DNA from: a virus
Length of the DNA: 64,000 nucleotides
IMG/VR virus record: IMGVR_UViG_3300036985_009306
Span: 64,001 to 128,000 of that record
Reading direction: 5' to 3' (one strand)
The notes beneath the pieces were generated by a model. It saw only the letters and a program-made list of their open reading frames with translations. It made no database searches and had not been told where the DNA came from. Positions 38,419 to 47,400 of the stretch are shown piece after piece; the first letter of the stretch is position 1; each line of letters opens with the position of its first letter. Both the position numbers and the translations under genes were made by a program.

Positions 38419-38862
38419 TTAAGCGAGTAATGTTCTTTTAAATTCTCGTAGGCAGACAAAACCATATACATTTGCTTGGGCTTGAGTGTTTCTACCCTCT
38501 ATTTGTCTACTGTGTCGTAAAAAATGATATAATTCATGGCCTAAAAGACAAGTCATGTCTTCTTCGATATTAGCTATTGGTTCTGAGTCAATATTGGTAG
38601 ACATTATTGTGATTCTATTTTTTAATAAAATCAGGTCTAACAAAATCTTTTAGGATTGCTGGGTAAATTCTTACACAACATAAATGACATAGAATTTTAT
38701 AAAATTTTGTTTTTTTGTAGGATAATGACAAATACCACCGTAAGATTTTGTTATTGATAGATGAATGTGGTTAATTTGGGATGTGTCAATTGTTTTTAAT
38801 TTCTCGTTGAAGAAATCTATAGTTTTGGGAAACTTTTCTATCTGACCTGTGAAGTTAATCAT
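38419..38862 (-). pseudogene. Frameshifted HExxH metallopeptidase-like gene
   Basis: Two same-frame ORFs (38671-38862, 38419-38643) are separated by two TAA. An alternative frame bridges the gap. The 3' part has GHELYHF. Confidence 0.5.
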
Positions 38863-38929
38863 GTTTGATTATATCATATTTTTTTGAAGTTCTGCCATTT
38901 TTTAATGTTTTTATGGAGTCTGCTAAATT

Positions 38930-39175
38930 ATGCTTTTAATTCAATATTTCTCTGATGGGACTATGTCTTTCAATTGGGATCAACTTCCTGAGCCATTGAA
39001 GAGTGAGACAGAGATAAGAGACAAAATTTTTAATGAGCTTCAAGAAAAAATGAGAATTAATGAGAATGTAACAACAAGAAAATTGTTTGACCTCAATAGA
39101 TATGCAATAGAGAGAATAAGAACTGAACTTAGGGCTAAAGGCAAAAAAATACAGATTAATAATATTAAAAATTAA
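38930..39175 (+). CDS. Hypothetical protein
   Basis: 81-aa ORF with GGAG upstream. Confidence 0.6.
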   Translation: MLLIQYFSDGTMSFNWDQLPEPLKSETEIRDKIFNELQEKMRINENVTTRKLFDLNRYAIERIRTELRAKGKKIQINNIKN

Positions 39176-39192
39176 ATTTATTGGAGATTAAA

Positions 39193-40083
39193 ATGGATTT
39201 ACTTGTGATAGGGGGTAATGGGTTTGTAGGTGCAAATTTTATTCAATATATTTTAGAAAAGTATCATGATTACAATGTTATATGTATAGATAAACATACA
39301 AATGAGAATATAGAAAAAACTGAAAAATTTCATTTTTATCAAGTAGATTTTTGTAATATAGAAGAAGTATTGAAAGTTTTTAAGTTTTGGTATAGTTTTG
39401 ATATAATAGTAAATTTTGCTGAAGAAAATAATGAAAATATTATAGATTCAAATATTTATGGTGTGTACAAGATTTTTGAAATAATTAAGAAATATAAGGT
39501 TAAACATTTTTTACAAGTTTCTACAACAGATGTTTATGATATATTAAATGATGAACAAAGATTTGCCGAAACTTCTAATACAAGTCTTTATTCTGCTTCT
39601 AAAGCTTCAGCTGATTTAATTGCATTATCATATTTTCACAGTTTTAAGATACCTGTAGTAGTTTCAAGATGTTCAAATAATTTTGGGATTTATCAAAATA
39701 CTAATGAATTTATTCCCTCTTTGATAATAAATGCTTTGACTAAGAAGAAGCTTATAGTTTACGAGGATGATATTAGAAATTGGATTAATGTTTTGGATCA
39801 TTGTAGAGCTTTAGATACTTTGATGCATTATGGCAAATTTGGTGAGATTTATAATATAAAAGGAAATCGACATAGTAGTTTAGAAATAGCAAGATTAATA
39901 ATGAATTATTTGAATTTACCTTTAGATATGTTGGAAGTGAGATCTAGAGAATATAGTTTTAAAAGCGAAATAGATTATTCAAAAATAGGTGATGAATTTG
40001 GGTGGAAACCTGTCTTAGATTTCAAAGAGAGTTTGATTGATACAATTGAATCATATAGGACAAATTTTGTAAAGATTTTATAA
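39193..40083 (+). CDS. rfbB: NAD-dependent epimerase/dehydratase, degenerate dTDP-glucose 4,6-dehydratase (RmlB-like)
   Basis: GGNGFVG, YSASKASAD, SRCSNNFG, RNWINVLDHCRAL, GEIYNI. ATG 39193 chosen (GGAG upstream) over TTG 39181. Confidence 0.75.
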   Translation: MDLLVIGGNGFVGANFIQYILEKYHDYNVICIDKHTNENIEKTEKFHFYQVDFCNIEEVLKVFKFWYSFDIIVNFAEENNENIIDSNIYGVYKIFEIIKKYKVKHFLQVSTTDVYDILNDEQRFAETSNTSLYSASKASADLIALSYFHSFKIPVVVSRCSNNFGIYQNTNEFIPSLIINALTKKKLIVYEDDIRNWINVLDHCRALDTLMHYGKFGEIYNIKGNRHSSLEIARLIMNYLNLPLDMLEVRSREYSFKSEIDYSKIGDEFGWKPVLDFKESLIDTIESYRTNFVKIL

Positions 40084-40132
40084 TATTCAAATACATGCAA
40101 TTTATTCCATTGAAACATTAATAGGAGGTGTT

Positions 40133-40768
40133 ATGCATAAATATTCAGAGAATTGTCAAATTTGTAACATAGTTGGTGATTTTTCAGCTAAAACAAGTTC
40201 TAATATGAGCATTGGGGAAGCTAAGAGGAAAGTTGAAGAGCTTTTAAAAAATCCAGAACTTTTAAAACAAGTAGGAGATGCTCTTAAGAGTGCTTCATTG
40301 AACAAGGAAGCTGCTATTTCTCCTTTAATAAGAACATTTGTTCTTGCTCTAATGACATTAGCCCCTTCTATTTTTGCTGTTCCAAGTATTCAAAGTGATC
40401 TTGAGATGAAGCTTAAACATGGTGATAATATTACAATGGAACAAGTAAATACAATGGAAGATAGAGCCAAGAAAGAAATGCAGACAATGACAGAGACTTC
40501 TGTCAATAAAGTTAATGATGCAATTAAAGATGATAAAGGTAAAGAAAAACAGGTTGATTTTGGAATTCAAGTAGGCAAAGAAAAGTTAATGGCAGCAAAT
40601 GCATATGAGGCCAATATTCTAAAAAATATGGCACAATTGCATAAAATTCTTTTTGCACAGATGAAATCAGGAATTATGGATCAAGCAAGTTATGATAAAG
40701 CTTGTCAAATATTGATAAGTTCTTTTAATAAAGCTATAGCAGGACAGGCTCAAGAGGTTGTTCTTTAG
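40133..40768 (+). CDS. MHKYS-leader protein with unrelated helical body
   Basis: Starts MHKYSENCQICN. Strong AGGAGG RBS. Followed by a terminator. Confidence 0.8.
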   Translation: MHKYSENCQICNIVGDFSAKTSSNMSIGEAKRKVEELLKNPELLKQVGDALKSASLNKEAAISPLIRTFVLALMTLAPSIFAVPSIQSDLEMKLKHGDNITMEQVNTMEDRAKKEMQTMTETSVNKVNDAIKDDKGKEKQVDFGIQVGKEKLMAANAYEANILKNMAQLHKILFAQMKSGIMDQASYDKACQILISSFNKAIAGQAQEVVL

Positions 40769-40805
40769 CAATTTATAAGTTAAAAAAACTGAAAATTATG
40801 ATAGA

Positions 40806-40845
40806 AATGTAACAGGGCGTATGCTCTGTTACATTTTTTGTTTTT
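40806..40845 (+). terminator. Intrinsic terminator
   Basis: 13-bp stem AATGTAACAGGGC / GCTCTGTTACATT with GTAT loop, followed by TTTTGTTTTT. Confidence 0.85.
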
Positions 40846-40856
40846 AGAGAGTAAAG

Positions 40857-42329
40857 ATGTCTGACTTTCGAATTGAAATAGATAATACTTGGACTTATAT
40901 AAAACCTAATGTCGAAGTGAATAAGAGTGTTATTAGACGTATAGAATCAGAGATGTCTTATACTGTTGAAGAATATAATCGTTTTACAAAAAAAACTGTA
41001 GATCATGATATTTCATTGTTTGAGAGAGATCTGCTCCGTTATCCTACAGGGCTTTATTCTGTTCTTGATAGAATTCTTACAGAATGTGGATATACTTTTG
41101 ATGTAATTGACAAAAGAAATATACCTCAAGTCAATCAACCTTTACAATTTTATTCTAAAAAGTTAAGAGATTATCAAGAAGAAGCTACTGAGGCTGCTAT
41201 TAAAGCACAGAGAGGTGTCATTAAAGTAGCAACAGGTGGAGGAAAAACTGTAATTGCTGCAGCTATAGTTGCAAGATTGAATATGAAGACAATTTTTATT
41301 GTTTATTCTATTGATTTGCTTGAGCAAACAGCTGATGAATTTGAGACTATGTTTAGATTGAAAGTAGGAAAAATAGGTGGAGGATATTGTGATATTCAGC
41401 AAATAAATATTTGTACAGTTCAGACTTTACATTGCGCATTTGATCTGAAATATATAGTAGAGAGTGAATTGTTTATTAAAGAAAAAATATCTCAAGAAAT
41501 ACTTAATAGGAAAGAAGAAGTTAGAAAAGTTGTCCAAGAATCAGAAGTTGTGATTGTTGATGAGTGTCATAAACAATCTGCTCAAAGTTATATTGATATT
41601 ATGAGGTCTATGTCTAATTCATTTTTCCGTTTTTCACTTTCTGCGACACCCTACCGTGATGAATCTATAGACAAAGTTCTTGATGCATATTCTGGAAAAT
41701 TGATTTGCAATATTAATGCTTCATATTTGATAGAGAGAGGTTTTTTAGTACCTCCTAAGATATACATGTTGGATCCAAATGAGATTAATTATAAATTTGT
41801 AAGAAAATCATTTAAAAGTGTGTATGATAAATGGATAGTTAATAATGCTGATAGAAATCAGATGATTGTTGATAGTACTCAAAGATTGATAGAATTGAAT
41901 AAGTCTGTGTTAATAACAGTTACTCAGATAGTTCATGGTGAGATTTTGTGTGAACAACTTGATAAAGTTGGAGTTAAATCTGTTGCATTTATACGTGGTG
42001 AAGTAGATAAAATTGAGAGGAAAAGATTACTTAATGAAATAAGAGAAAAGAAACTACAAGTCCTTGTCGGAAGTGTTGTTGCAGATGAAGGGATAAATTT
42101 ACCCGCTTTAGGTTCAGCAATTATGGCAGGTGGTGGAAAATCACTTATAAAATCGCTTCAAAGAGTTGGTAGGACTTTGAGACCTTATCCGTCTGCAGAA
42201 AATAATGAAAAGAAAGAAGCAATAATTGTAGATTTTTATGATAGAATTAGATATTTAACAGGACATTCAAGGAAGAGAATTAAGATTTATGAGTCAGAGC
42301 CGAAATTTCAAATTTTTAAACATTTTTAA
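40857..42329 (+). CDS. uvsW: SF2 DNA helicase (UvsW-like)
   Basis: LRDYQ, ATGGGKT, DECH, SAT, QRVGRTLR helicase motifs. Confidence 0.85.
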   Translation: MSDFRIEIDNTWTYIKPNVEVNKSVIRRIESEMSYTVEEYNRFTKKTVDHDISLFERDLLRYPTGLYSVLDRILTECGYTFDVIDKRNIPQVNQPLQFYSKKLRDYQEEATEAAIKAQRGVIKVATGGGKTVIAAAIVARLNMKTIFIVYSIDLLEQTADEFETMFRLKVGKIGGGYCDIQQINICTVQTLHCAFDLKYIVESELFIKEKISQEILNRKEEVRKVVQESEVVIVDECHKQSAQSYIDIMRSMSNSFFRFSLSATPYRDESIDKVLDAYSGKLICNINASYLIERGFLVPPKIYMLDPNEINYKFVRKSFKSVYDKWIVNNADRNQMIVDSTQRLIELNKSVLITVTQIVHGEILCEQLDKVGVKSVAFIRGEVDKIERKRLLNEIREKKLQVLVGSVVADEGINLPALGSAIMAGGGKSLIKSLQRVGRTLRPYPSAENNEKKEAIIVDFYDRIRYLTGHSRKRIKIYESEPKFQIFKHF

Positions 42330-42343
42330 AAAAGGAGAAATTT

Positions 42344-42625
42344 ATGCGTTCTTTTATCATTATTTTAGCAGCATTATCATTAGTATGTGCTCAAGGAAGG
42401 ATTTATGATTTGCATATTCGTCCTGCAGGTGTTGTTGAGGAATTAAAAGTATTAAATAGCGGTTGTGAAATTTGGGTTAAAACTTCTATGCATGAATATA
42501 TTTTAAATGGATGTTATGAATTAAATGTTAGTGACACTTTATTTGTTTATTGGGTAAATGGAAAAAGTGAATATGTGGGTAGAAAAATGGATAAAAATTT
42601 ATTTAGAATTTTGTCGTCAAAATGA
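42344..42625 (+). CDS. Small exported/membrane-anchored hypothetical protein
   Basis: N-terminal signal-like MRSFIIILAALSLVCA. AAGGAG RBS. Confidence 0.65.
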   Translation: MRSFIIILAALSLVCAQGRIYDLHIRPAGVVEELKVLNSGCEIWVKTSMHEYILNGCYELNVSDTLFVYWVNGKSEYVGRKMDKNLFRILSSK

Positions 42626-42801
42626 TTTTTAAAACTCATAAAGAATGGTGTGAATTCTCTCCATGTAGTGTTAGAAGCAAAGAAGTATGTGAAATTTGTT
42701 GTTTATCATGGAAAGTTGCTAAACAAGAAGATAAACGAGATAGAGAAGATTGTGAAAATAAAAAAGCAAAAATCAAATTTATAGTAAGTAATCAAATATG
42801 A
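42622..42801 (+). CDS. 59-aa Cys-rich ORF not in the ORF track
   Basis: MIFKTHKEWCEFSPCSVRSKEVCEICCLSW...; ATGA overlaps with both neighbours. Confidence 0.6.
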   Translation: MIFKTHKEWCEFSPCSVRSKEVCEICCLSWKVAKQEDKRDREDCENKKAKIKFIVSNQI

Positions 42802-43082
42802 TTTATGTTGATGAACTAACAACATATTTATCATGTCAAGTATCCAGTCAAGCAAAAAAATACGGTTTGCAATGGTGTCACATATTTGCAGATTCTGTAG
42901 ATGAACTTCATAAGATGGCAGATTTGATTGGACTTAAAAGAAAATGGTTTCAAAATAAGAAAAATTTCCCTCATTATGATATAATTGCTTCAAAAAGACA
43001 ACAAGCATTATGGTATGGAGCTCAAGAAGTTAAGTTAAAAGAATTTCTTAAAAAGAAAATGTTGGAAAAAACAAATATATAA
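42798..43082 (+). CDS. DUF4031-like protein
   Basis: MIYVD...WCHIFADSVDELHKMADLIGLKRKWFQ...PHYDI. Confidence 0.8.
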   Translation: MIYVDELTTYLSCQVSSQAKKYGLQWCHIFADSVDELHKMADLIGLKRKWFQNKKNFPHYDIIASKRQQALWYGAQEVKLKEFLKKKMLEKTNI

Positions 43083-43088
43083 ATTAAT

Positions 43089-43967
43089 ATGCAAACTTTT
43101 GAAGAACTCAAAAAATTTCTTGATGATTATTTAAAATTATTAAGTCCAGATAGTTTTTGTACTCTTCTTCGATTTTTCTTCTTTTATTTAGAAAACAAAG
43201 AAAAAGGCCTTGACATTTCAATTCCTTCATCAGTTTTTCAAAAGCATATTTTAGTATCTGATGATAAAAATAGAGTGGAATTTGCTTGGGGTGAATTAAA
43301 CTATTGGAATTTAGTCAAACGGACATACATTCAGAATGCTTATGAGTTAAATATTGGAAAAATATTGAGCACTAATGACAAATTTAGAGTAACTTTAAAA
43401 GATGATGGGATAAAAATTAGAAGGAAAAGAAGTGTTTCAGATTATCTAGAAAAATATATTGAAAGAGTAGTTTCAGGTTTTTCCACTCAAAGATTGATAG
43501 AAAAGGTGACTGAATTAATTTCAGGTCATATTAAATATTTACTTGCTGAAAAGGGCAAGGTAGAGCTTCAAGATATTAAGAATCTTACAGATCCTTTTTT
43601 TGATGTACCTCAAATAATTGTTGAAAAAACTTGCGACATTTATATAAAGAGTTATTATGCAAAGAAGCCCGCAGTTTATATACATGGTATTTTAAAAAAA
43701 ATAAATGAAGAGAAAGATAGTAATGAGAAAGAAGACGTCAAAACATTAAGTCTTAGGCAATATAGGCAAGAATTTGATGAAAGTAATAAGCAATTAGCAC
43801 TTAAAATAGCATTGGGTCAGGTAGAAGACAACAGAGCATATCTAGCATATATCAAGATTAAAGATTTTAAGGGACTTAATAGACTATATGCTTTTGGGTG
43901 CAAGTTATTACTAGAGCAAAAGCGTGAGAATGAGATAAAAAAAGATTATGATTGGATAACAGTTTGA
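43089..43967 (+). CDS. Hypothetical protein, candidate replication initiator
   Basis: Position upstream of the DnaC-like loader. The KKPAVYIHGILKK segment is reminiscent of DnaD/DnaB_2-type C-termini (weak). Confidence 0.4.
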   Translation: MQTFEELKKFLDDYLKLLSPDSFCTLLRFFFFYLENKEKGLDISIPSSVFQKHILVSDDKNRVEFAWGELNYWNLVKRTYIQNAYELNIGKILSTNDKFRVTLKDDGIKIRRKRSVSDYLEKYIERVVSGFSTQRLIEKVTELISGHIKYLLAEKGKVELQDIKNLTDPFFDVPQIIVEKTCDIYIKSYYAKKPAVYIHGILKKINEEKDSNEKEDVKTLSLRQYRQEFDESNKQLALKIALGQVEDNRAYLAYIKIKDFKGLNRLYAFGCKLLLEQKRENEIKKDYDWITV

Positions 43968-43981
43968 AAATTGGAGGAATT

Positions 43982-44176
43982 ATGAAGAAATGCATGTTTG
44001 AACTTGGAAGTATTGTAAAATTAAAAAGTGGTGGTCCACAAATGACTGTAACTGAGTTGCCTTATAGTAAAAGTGATACAACTGTTGAATGTCAATGGTT
44101 TTCTGTTAGTAATGATCAAGAATGTTGTAGTGAAACTTTCGAAATTCAAAGTTTAGAATTAGTAAAAGAAAAATGA
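43982..44176 (+). CDS. YodC/DUF2158-like small protein
   Basis: FELGSIVKLKSGGPQMTV...VECQWF. ATG 43982 has GGAGG RBS. Confidence 0.8.
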   Translation: MKKCMFELGSIVKLKSGGPQMTVTELPYSKSDTTVECQWFSVSNDQECCSETFEIQSLELVKEK

Positions 44177-44910
44177 TCAGTAAAAAAAATTCATTGAAAC
44201 ATGATTTTTGGTCCCATTTTCATCAAATGCTAGAGATTTCTAGATTTGGTAATGAGAAAATTTTTGAAAGATTGAACAACTATAGTTCAATTGACAACTT
44301 TTTTGAAAAAAACTATCTTCTAGCAAATATTCCAGAAAAGTATTTTGATTTTGAATTAAACTCTATAAGAGACAAAATTGAAACAATAGAGTCTAATGTG
44401 GACCAAATAAAGAGGGTTGAAAAGTATATCAATTCCTTAGAAAGTGCAATGAAAAAGGGAACTGGTCTTTATATTTCAGGTTCTCATGGGGTAGGAAAAA
44501 CTGCAATAGCTATTATTATTTTAAAAACAGCAATACAACATTATTACCCCTCATTTTTTAGTCGTTCTACTGAAATTATTCAATTAGTGAGAGATGGATG
44601 GAAAAATGAAGATAAAAAAGCTTATTTATCTTATGTTGTTAATAATTGTTTGTTTTTTGTGATCGATGATATCGGGAGGTTATTTAGTGAAATAAGCGAA
44701 GCCGAGAGATTCAATATTGATGATATTTTCTTAAAAAGAGATGATGCAAATCTTTGTACAATTATTACTGCAAATCATCCTCTTGATACAAATAAAGATT
44801 TGTTAGGTGATGCTTTATATTCAAATTTTAAGGAAAGATTGATAGAAATTAAGTTATTAGGAGAAGATTATAGAAATATTATTAGTGAAACATTGTTAGA
44901 TAAGTTATAG
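44173..44910 (+). CDS. dnaC: DnaC/IstB-like AAA+ helicase loader
   Basis: Walker A GSHGVGKT, Walker B FVIDDIG, TIITAN, SNFKERL. Near dnaB. Confidence 0.75.
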   Translation: MISKKNSLKHDFWSHFHQMLEISRFGNEKIFERLNNYSSIDNFFEKNYLLANIPEKYFDFELNSIRDKIETIESNVDQIKRVEKYINSLESAMKKGTGLYISGSHGVGKTAIAIIILKTAIQHYYPSFFSRSTEIIQLVRDGWKNEDKKAYLSYVVNNCLFFVIDDIGRLFSEISEAERFNIDDIFLKRDDANLCTIITANHPLDTNKDLLGDALYSNFKERLIEIKLLGEDYRNIISETLLDKL

Positions 44911-44919
44911 GAGAGAAAT

Positions 44920-45315
44920 ATGATTGAACAAGAATTATTATTTGATTTAGAAAAAAGTTTTAAAGACAAATTTAAAGATGTTCAAGTTATATCTCTTGGA
45001 AGTGCATATTTGTTTGATACTCCTCTTTTTAGATTACATTTAGGTAATGATTTAGATGTCAATGATTCAGATTATTGGGAATATTGTAATAAAAGAAATA
45101 ATTTTTTAAATGTAAAAACTTATGTTACGTGTGATAGAGCTTTTCTCAATATTTATTTCTTGAGTGATAAAACAATAAAAAGAGCAAAACTTCTTATAGA
45201 AAAATTTAATATGATTGATCCCAAGACATCTACGCTTGTAATACCATTTACAATAGGATGTGATCCAATGACTAGTGGCTCATATTCAATAGTTAGTTTT
45301 ATGGTTTGCGAATGA
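44920..45315 (+). CDS. Hypothetical protein
   Basis: ORF with GGAG RBS, overlapping the dnaB start. Confidence 0.65.
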   Translation: MIEQELLFDLEKSFKDKFKDVQVISLGSAYLFDTPLFRLHLGNDLDVNDSDYWEYCNKRNNFLNVKTYVTCDRAFLNIYFLSDKTIKRAKLLIEKFNMIDPKTSTLVIPFTIGCDPMTSGSYSIVSFMVCE

Positions 45316-46787
45316 TAACCAGAAAAAAAGACATAGATCTAGTAACAACACCTCCAACAGATAATGCTCAAAAACCATTTGTTGATGTAATCTTAGAGTG
45401 TAAAGTTCTAAGACTAATGGTATTCGATAATGAATTTGACAATAAATCAGACACAGATGAGATAACTTCAAATATTTCTTATTTAATTTTTCTTGGTCTA
45501 TCAAGAGAAGTTTTTACATCAGATTTAAAACAATGGATCTTTGAAAAAATAATGGAGAATTTTATTACATTCTCTGAATGTATTTCTAAAAGTTTTTTAT
45601 TTGACGAACTCAAAAGTAAATACAAACAACAAGAAGAATATGAACAAAAGAAAGTTGCACTAGAGAAAATATTTTCTTATAGGTTTGAATCAAAATCATT
45701 CAAACCTATGATGGAGAAACTTAAAGAAAAGTACTTCTATAGAAATATTTTAGATATCAATCTTAAAATAAATGAGCAACTAAAACAAGATTTTGTAGAT
45801 GAAAAACATGATGCTTTAGGTTTAGCACAGAATATACAAGATTCTATAAATAAGGTTCTTATAAATACGGGCAAGTTTAGAGTAATAGAAGAAGATATTA
45901 TACAAGATATTCCCAGAGATATTGCAGCATTAAAAGAAAAACGAGAGAATCCTGCAAAATATCAAGGAATACCTACAGGATATAAGAAAATTGATTTAGC
46001 AACAGGAGGTTGGCAGCCTGGAGAATTTTCTTTAATTTTAGGTAGACCAGGAATGGGAAAATCTATTTTGCTTCTTAATTTTGGATATTATGCATATAAG
46101 TTGAATTATAATGTTGTTTATGTAACAATTGAAATGCCATTAACACAACAACGATCTCGATTCACTTCATTAATAACTAGAGTTTCTTATAATAAGGTTA
46201 AATTGCCTCATTTGATGAGTGATGAAGAATTGATTTTAATAGAAAAAAAGTTGTTGAAATTAAAAGAAGAACACAAGAATTATTATTGGTTGATTGATGC
46301 ACCTCAAAATTGTAGTGCACAGTTTATAGATTCTAGAATTACAGCATTTGAAAATGTGACAAACAAAAAGGCACATCTTTTGATTGTAGATCCAATTTAT
46401 TTAATGACTGCAAGTGATAGAAAAGCTGAGGATCCTGTTGGTGCTATTTCATGGGATCTGAAACTTTTAGCTAGAGGTAGAGATATTCCAATTCTTGCAG
46501 CCAGTCAGTTTAATAGAGAATCACATAAGAGACATCAACATGGAAAAGATGTTGATACAATAGATGCTGCATTTACGGATAAATTAGGGCATAACACAGA
46601 TAATATGATTGGAATTACAGGTGATGATGAAACAGCATGTTTGTATTTTCCAAAAACTAGAGATTCAAAAATATCTAAAATGTTTTTCGTTAAAAAATTT
46701 GACGTAATGAGATTTGAATATGACGAAAGAGTTGATGAAGAAAAAAGACCTGCAACATCTGCAGTAGAGAAGGACAAGGATGAGTAG
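45306..46787 (+). CDS. dnaB: Replicative DNA helicase (DnaB-like)
   Basis: GIPTGYKKID, GRPGMGKS, VTIEM, LLIVDPIYLM, ASQFNR. Confidence 0.9.
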   Translation: MRMITRKKDIDLVTTPPTDNAQKPFVDVILECKVLRLMVFDNEFDNKSDTDEITSNISYLIFLGLSREVFTSDLKQWIFEKIMENFITFSECISKSFLFDELKSKYKQQEEYEQKKVALEKIFSYRFESKSFKPMMEKLKEKYFYRNILDINLKINEQLKQDFVDEKHDALGLAQNIQDSINKVLINTGKFRVIEEDIIQDIPRDIAALKEKRENPAKYQGIPTGYKKIDLATGGWQPGEFSLILGRPGMGKSILLLNFGYYAYKLNYNVVYVTIEMPLTQQRSRFTSLITRVSYNKVKLPHLMSDEELILIEKKLLKLKEEHKNYYWLIDAPQNCSAQFIDSRITAFENVTNKKAHLLIVDPIYLMTASDRKAEDPVGAISWDLKLLARGRDIPILAASQFNRESHKRHQHGKDVDTIDAAFTDKLGHNTDNMIGITGDDETACLYFPKTRDSKISKMFFVKKFDVMRFEYDERVDEEKRPATSAVEKDKDE

Positions 46788-47034
46788 GTATATTGTGTTG
46801 CCAATTCCAGTTGATGATAGTGTTCCAGAGGGTTATGAATTAATTCTAGCATATGCAAAAGACGACCATGTTGTGATTCCTATGGACTCTAGAGGTTTGC
46901 CAGAAGATGATCATAATTGTGATTGGGAAGGATGTTGTACATTGAGTCATGTTTTAAGTATTAGTCCTCAACAGAAATATGGGTTAGAAAGAACTATTCA
47001 AAAATTAGAAGAATCGGCAAGAAACAAATTATGA
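46780..47034 (+). CDS. Hypothetical protein
   Basis: ORF coupled to dnaB; HNCDWEGCCTLSH motif. Confidence 0.65.
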   Translation: MSRYIVLPIPVDDSVPEGYELILAYAKDDHVVIPMDSRGLPEDDHNCDWEGCCTLSHVLSISPQQKYGLERTIQKLEESARNKL

Positions 47035-47369
47035 ATAAGCCAACAAAAAAGATGTTACAAGTTTCCATGAAAAAAGAAATACTATTTCTTATGAAATCAA
47101 CCGAATATGAAAAAATAAATTCTGTTTTGGGATATATATCTTATATAAGAAAAAACGGAAACCCATGTTTTAGACAAGTTTCAGTTTCTCGGTCTATAAA
47201 ACATATGTGTTGTAATGCTAAAGAGTTTTTGGAAAATATTAAAGAACATAAAAAACGAGAAGATTTTAGAAAATGTTGTGATTCTTATAATAGATTATTT
47301 GGATTTGTTTCAAACAAAACATGGTTTTATATACCCGTAACGCAAGCAAAATCTTATTTTGGAATATAA
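47031..47369 (+). CDS. Hypothetical basic protein
   Basis: ATGA-coupled ORF. Confidence 0.6.
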   Translation: MNKPTKKMLQVSMKKEILFLMKSTEYEKINSVLGYISYIRKNGNPCFRQVSVSRSIKHMCCNAKEFLENIKEHKKREDFRKCCDSYNRLFGFVSNKTWFYIPVTQAKSYFGI

Positions 47370-47400
47370 CAAAATCATTCTTTAAGGATAAAGGAGAAAT

